Shown in pieces: positions 63,154 to 64,000 of a stretch of 64,000 nt of DNA. The stretch is from Felis catus (lineage: Eukaryota): positions 77,130,001-77,194,000 of the forward strand of contig NC_058368.1 of NCBI RefSeq assembly GCF_018350175.1, given 5' to 3'. The translations under genes and the position numbers were made by a program. The notes under the pieces were generated by a model, which saw only the letters and a program-made list of their open reading frames with translations, was not told the DNA's origin and did no database searches. How positions within the stretch are numbered: the first letter of the stretch is position 1; each line of letters starts with the position of its first letter.

Positions 63154-64000
63154 TAGAGTCATATAAATTTAAAGCCATCTTGATCTTAATCGGCCTCAAG
63201 ACTCATGATTCCGCTTCAAGGCCATTCACGATCTGGTCTTTATCTTTGCCATTCCTCTGGTGTCCAAAATCATAGATTTTGAAGACTATAGGTATCATAA
63301 ATTTTTTTTGTCTCAATTCCCCCTCCCCCACCGTTCGACCTGCATTTTATGTTTTTGTGATTGAAGAGTAGTTCAAATTTGATTGCAAAGGCTTGGCTAC
63401 AGATAATCTTAACCAAATCGCAAAATAGTATATACTTAAATTTATTTTATCCAAATAAACTTAAACCCTTAATAGTCTGACACTGCTGAATTTCTCTCCT
63501 TCTTGGAAGTGTTATTATGAGTGGCCTCAGGCAAGCTACTTCTTACCCAGTTTCAATAATACATAGCCACTTGAAGTGTTATAAACGAGTTTTCACAAAA
63601 CCCACCCCTATAGGCAAAATAGAAATAATAATACTTTGCAAAATTGAGGTCATAGGTATTAATTATTTCAGGTTCTAAGCAGGGATGCAGCAGACATTTT
63701 GTTTCTAGGACAGGATGTTTCTGCAATGCTTTGTTCTTCCATGTAATTATAGATCACTTAAAAAGTATACTTAAAATACGACTTGATGTTTAACTCTTCT
63801 AAATAACATGTTCAAAGGATAACAATTTAATTATGGAAACATGATTTTTCTTTATTATCACATTCTCTCATATAAATACTGGATTATGAGTACCTTAAAT
63901 TCATACACGGATATAACTCTTCAACATTCATTTTTGCTTTGCTCTGCTGATTCCTTGTGATTCTGCCAGTTAATATAATAAGATTTTATTTGCAAGGCAA

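Noticed and set aside
923..63162. Recurrent similar peptides (GAPGWRSRLSVRLQPGHDL…, MAQSVKRPTS…) that resemble a protein family
   Set aside because: They are translations of CAN-SINEs, a known annotation artefact.
1..64000. CRISPR array, prokaryote-style operon or synthetic insert
   Set aside because: No regularly spaced repeats with unique spacers, no long ORFs and no compositional break; everything fits felid non-coding DNA.

Overview
This is non-coding mammalian DNA from a cat-family (Felidae) genome. The evidence is 33 tRNA-derived CAN-SINEs, seven of them of the young SINEC_Fc type, plus a feline-type L1 3' end. I find no host protein-coding exon, RNA gene or CRISPR-like system that I can support; the ORF track is explained by SINEs, L1/LTR relics, simple repeats and chance. 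The window is intronic or intergenic and layered with repeats: ancient (MIR, L2, L1M, MER20/45/63, Gypsy-like LTRs, MLT1/MLT2, MER34), carnivore-age (L1_Carn, a carnivore ERV LTR, a Tigger-type MITE) and recent (SINEC_Fc, L1_Fc). The best second-look items are a candidate L1 3' transduction splitting a MIR (55.7-56.9 kb), a perfect CTCF core apparently evolved inside an L2 (45.7 kb), a near-complete MaLR provirus with nested insertions (31.1-33.7 kb), SINE re-insertion at the same target site (28.1-28.6 kb), Gypsy-like LTR relics, a small orphan CpG cluster and several enhancer-like unique blocks. No novel biological system is demonstrable from sequence alone. Repeat family names are recalled from consensus motifs, not from a database search; boundaries of old repeats are approximate.
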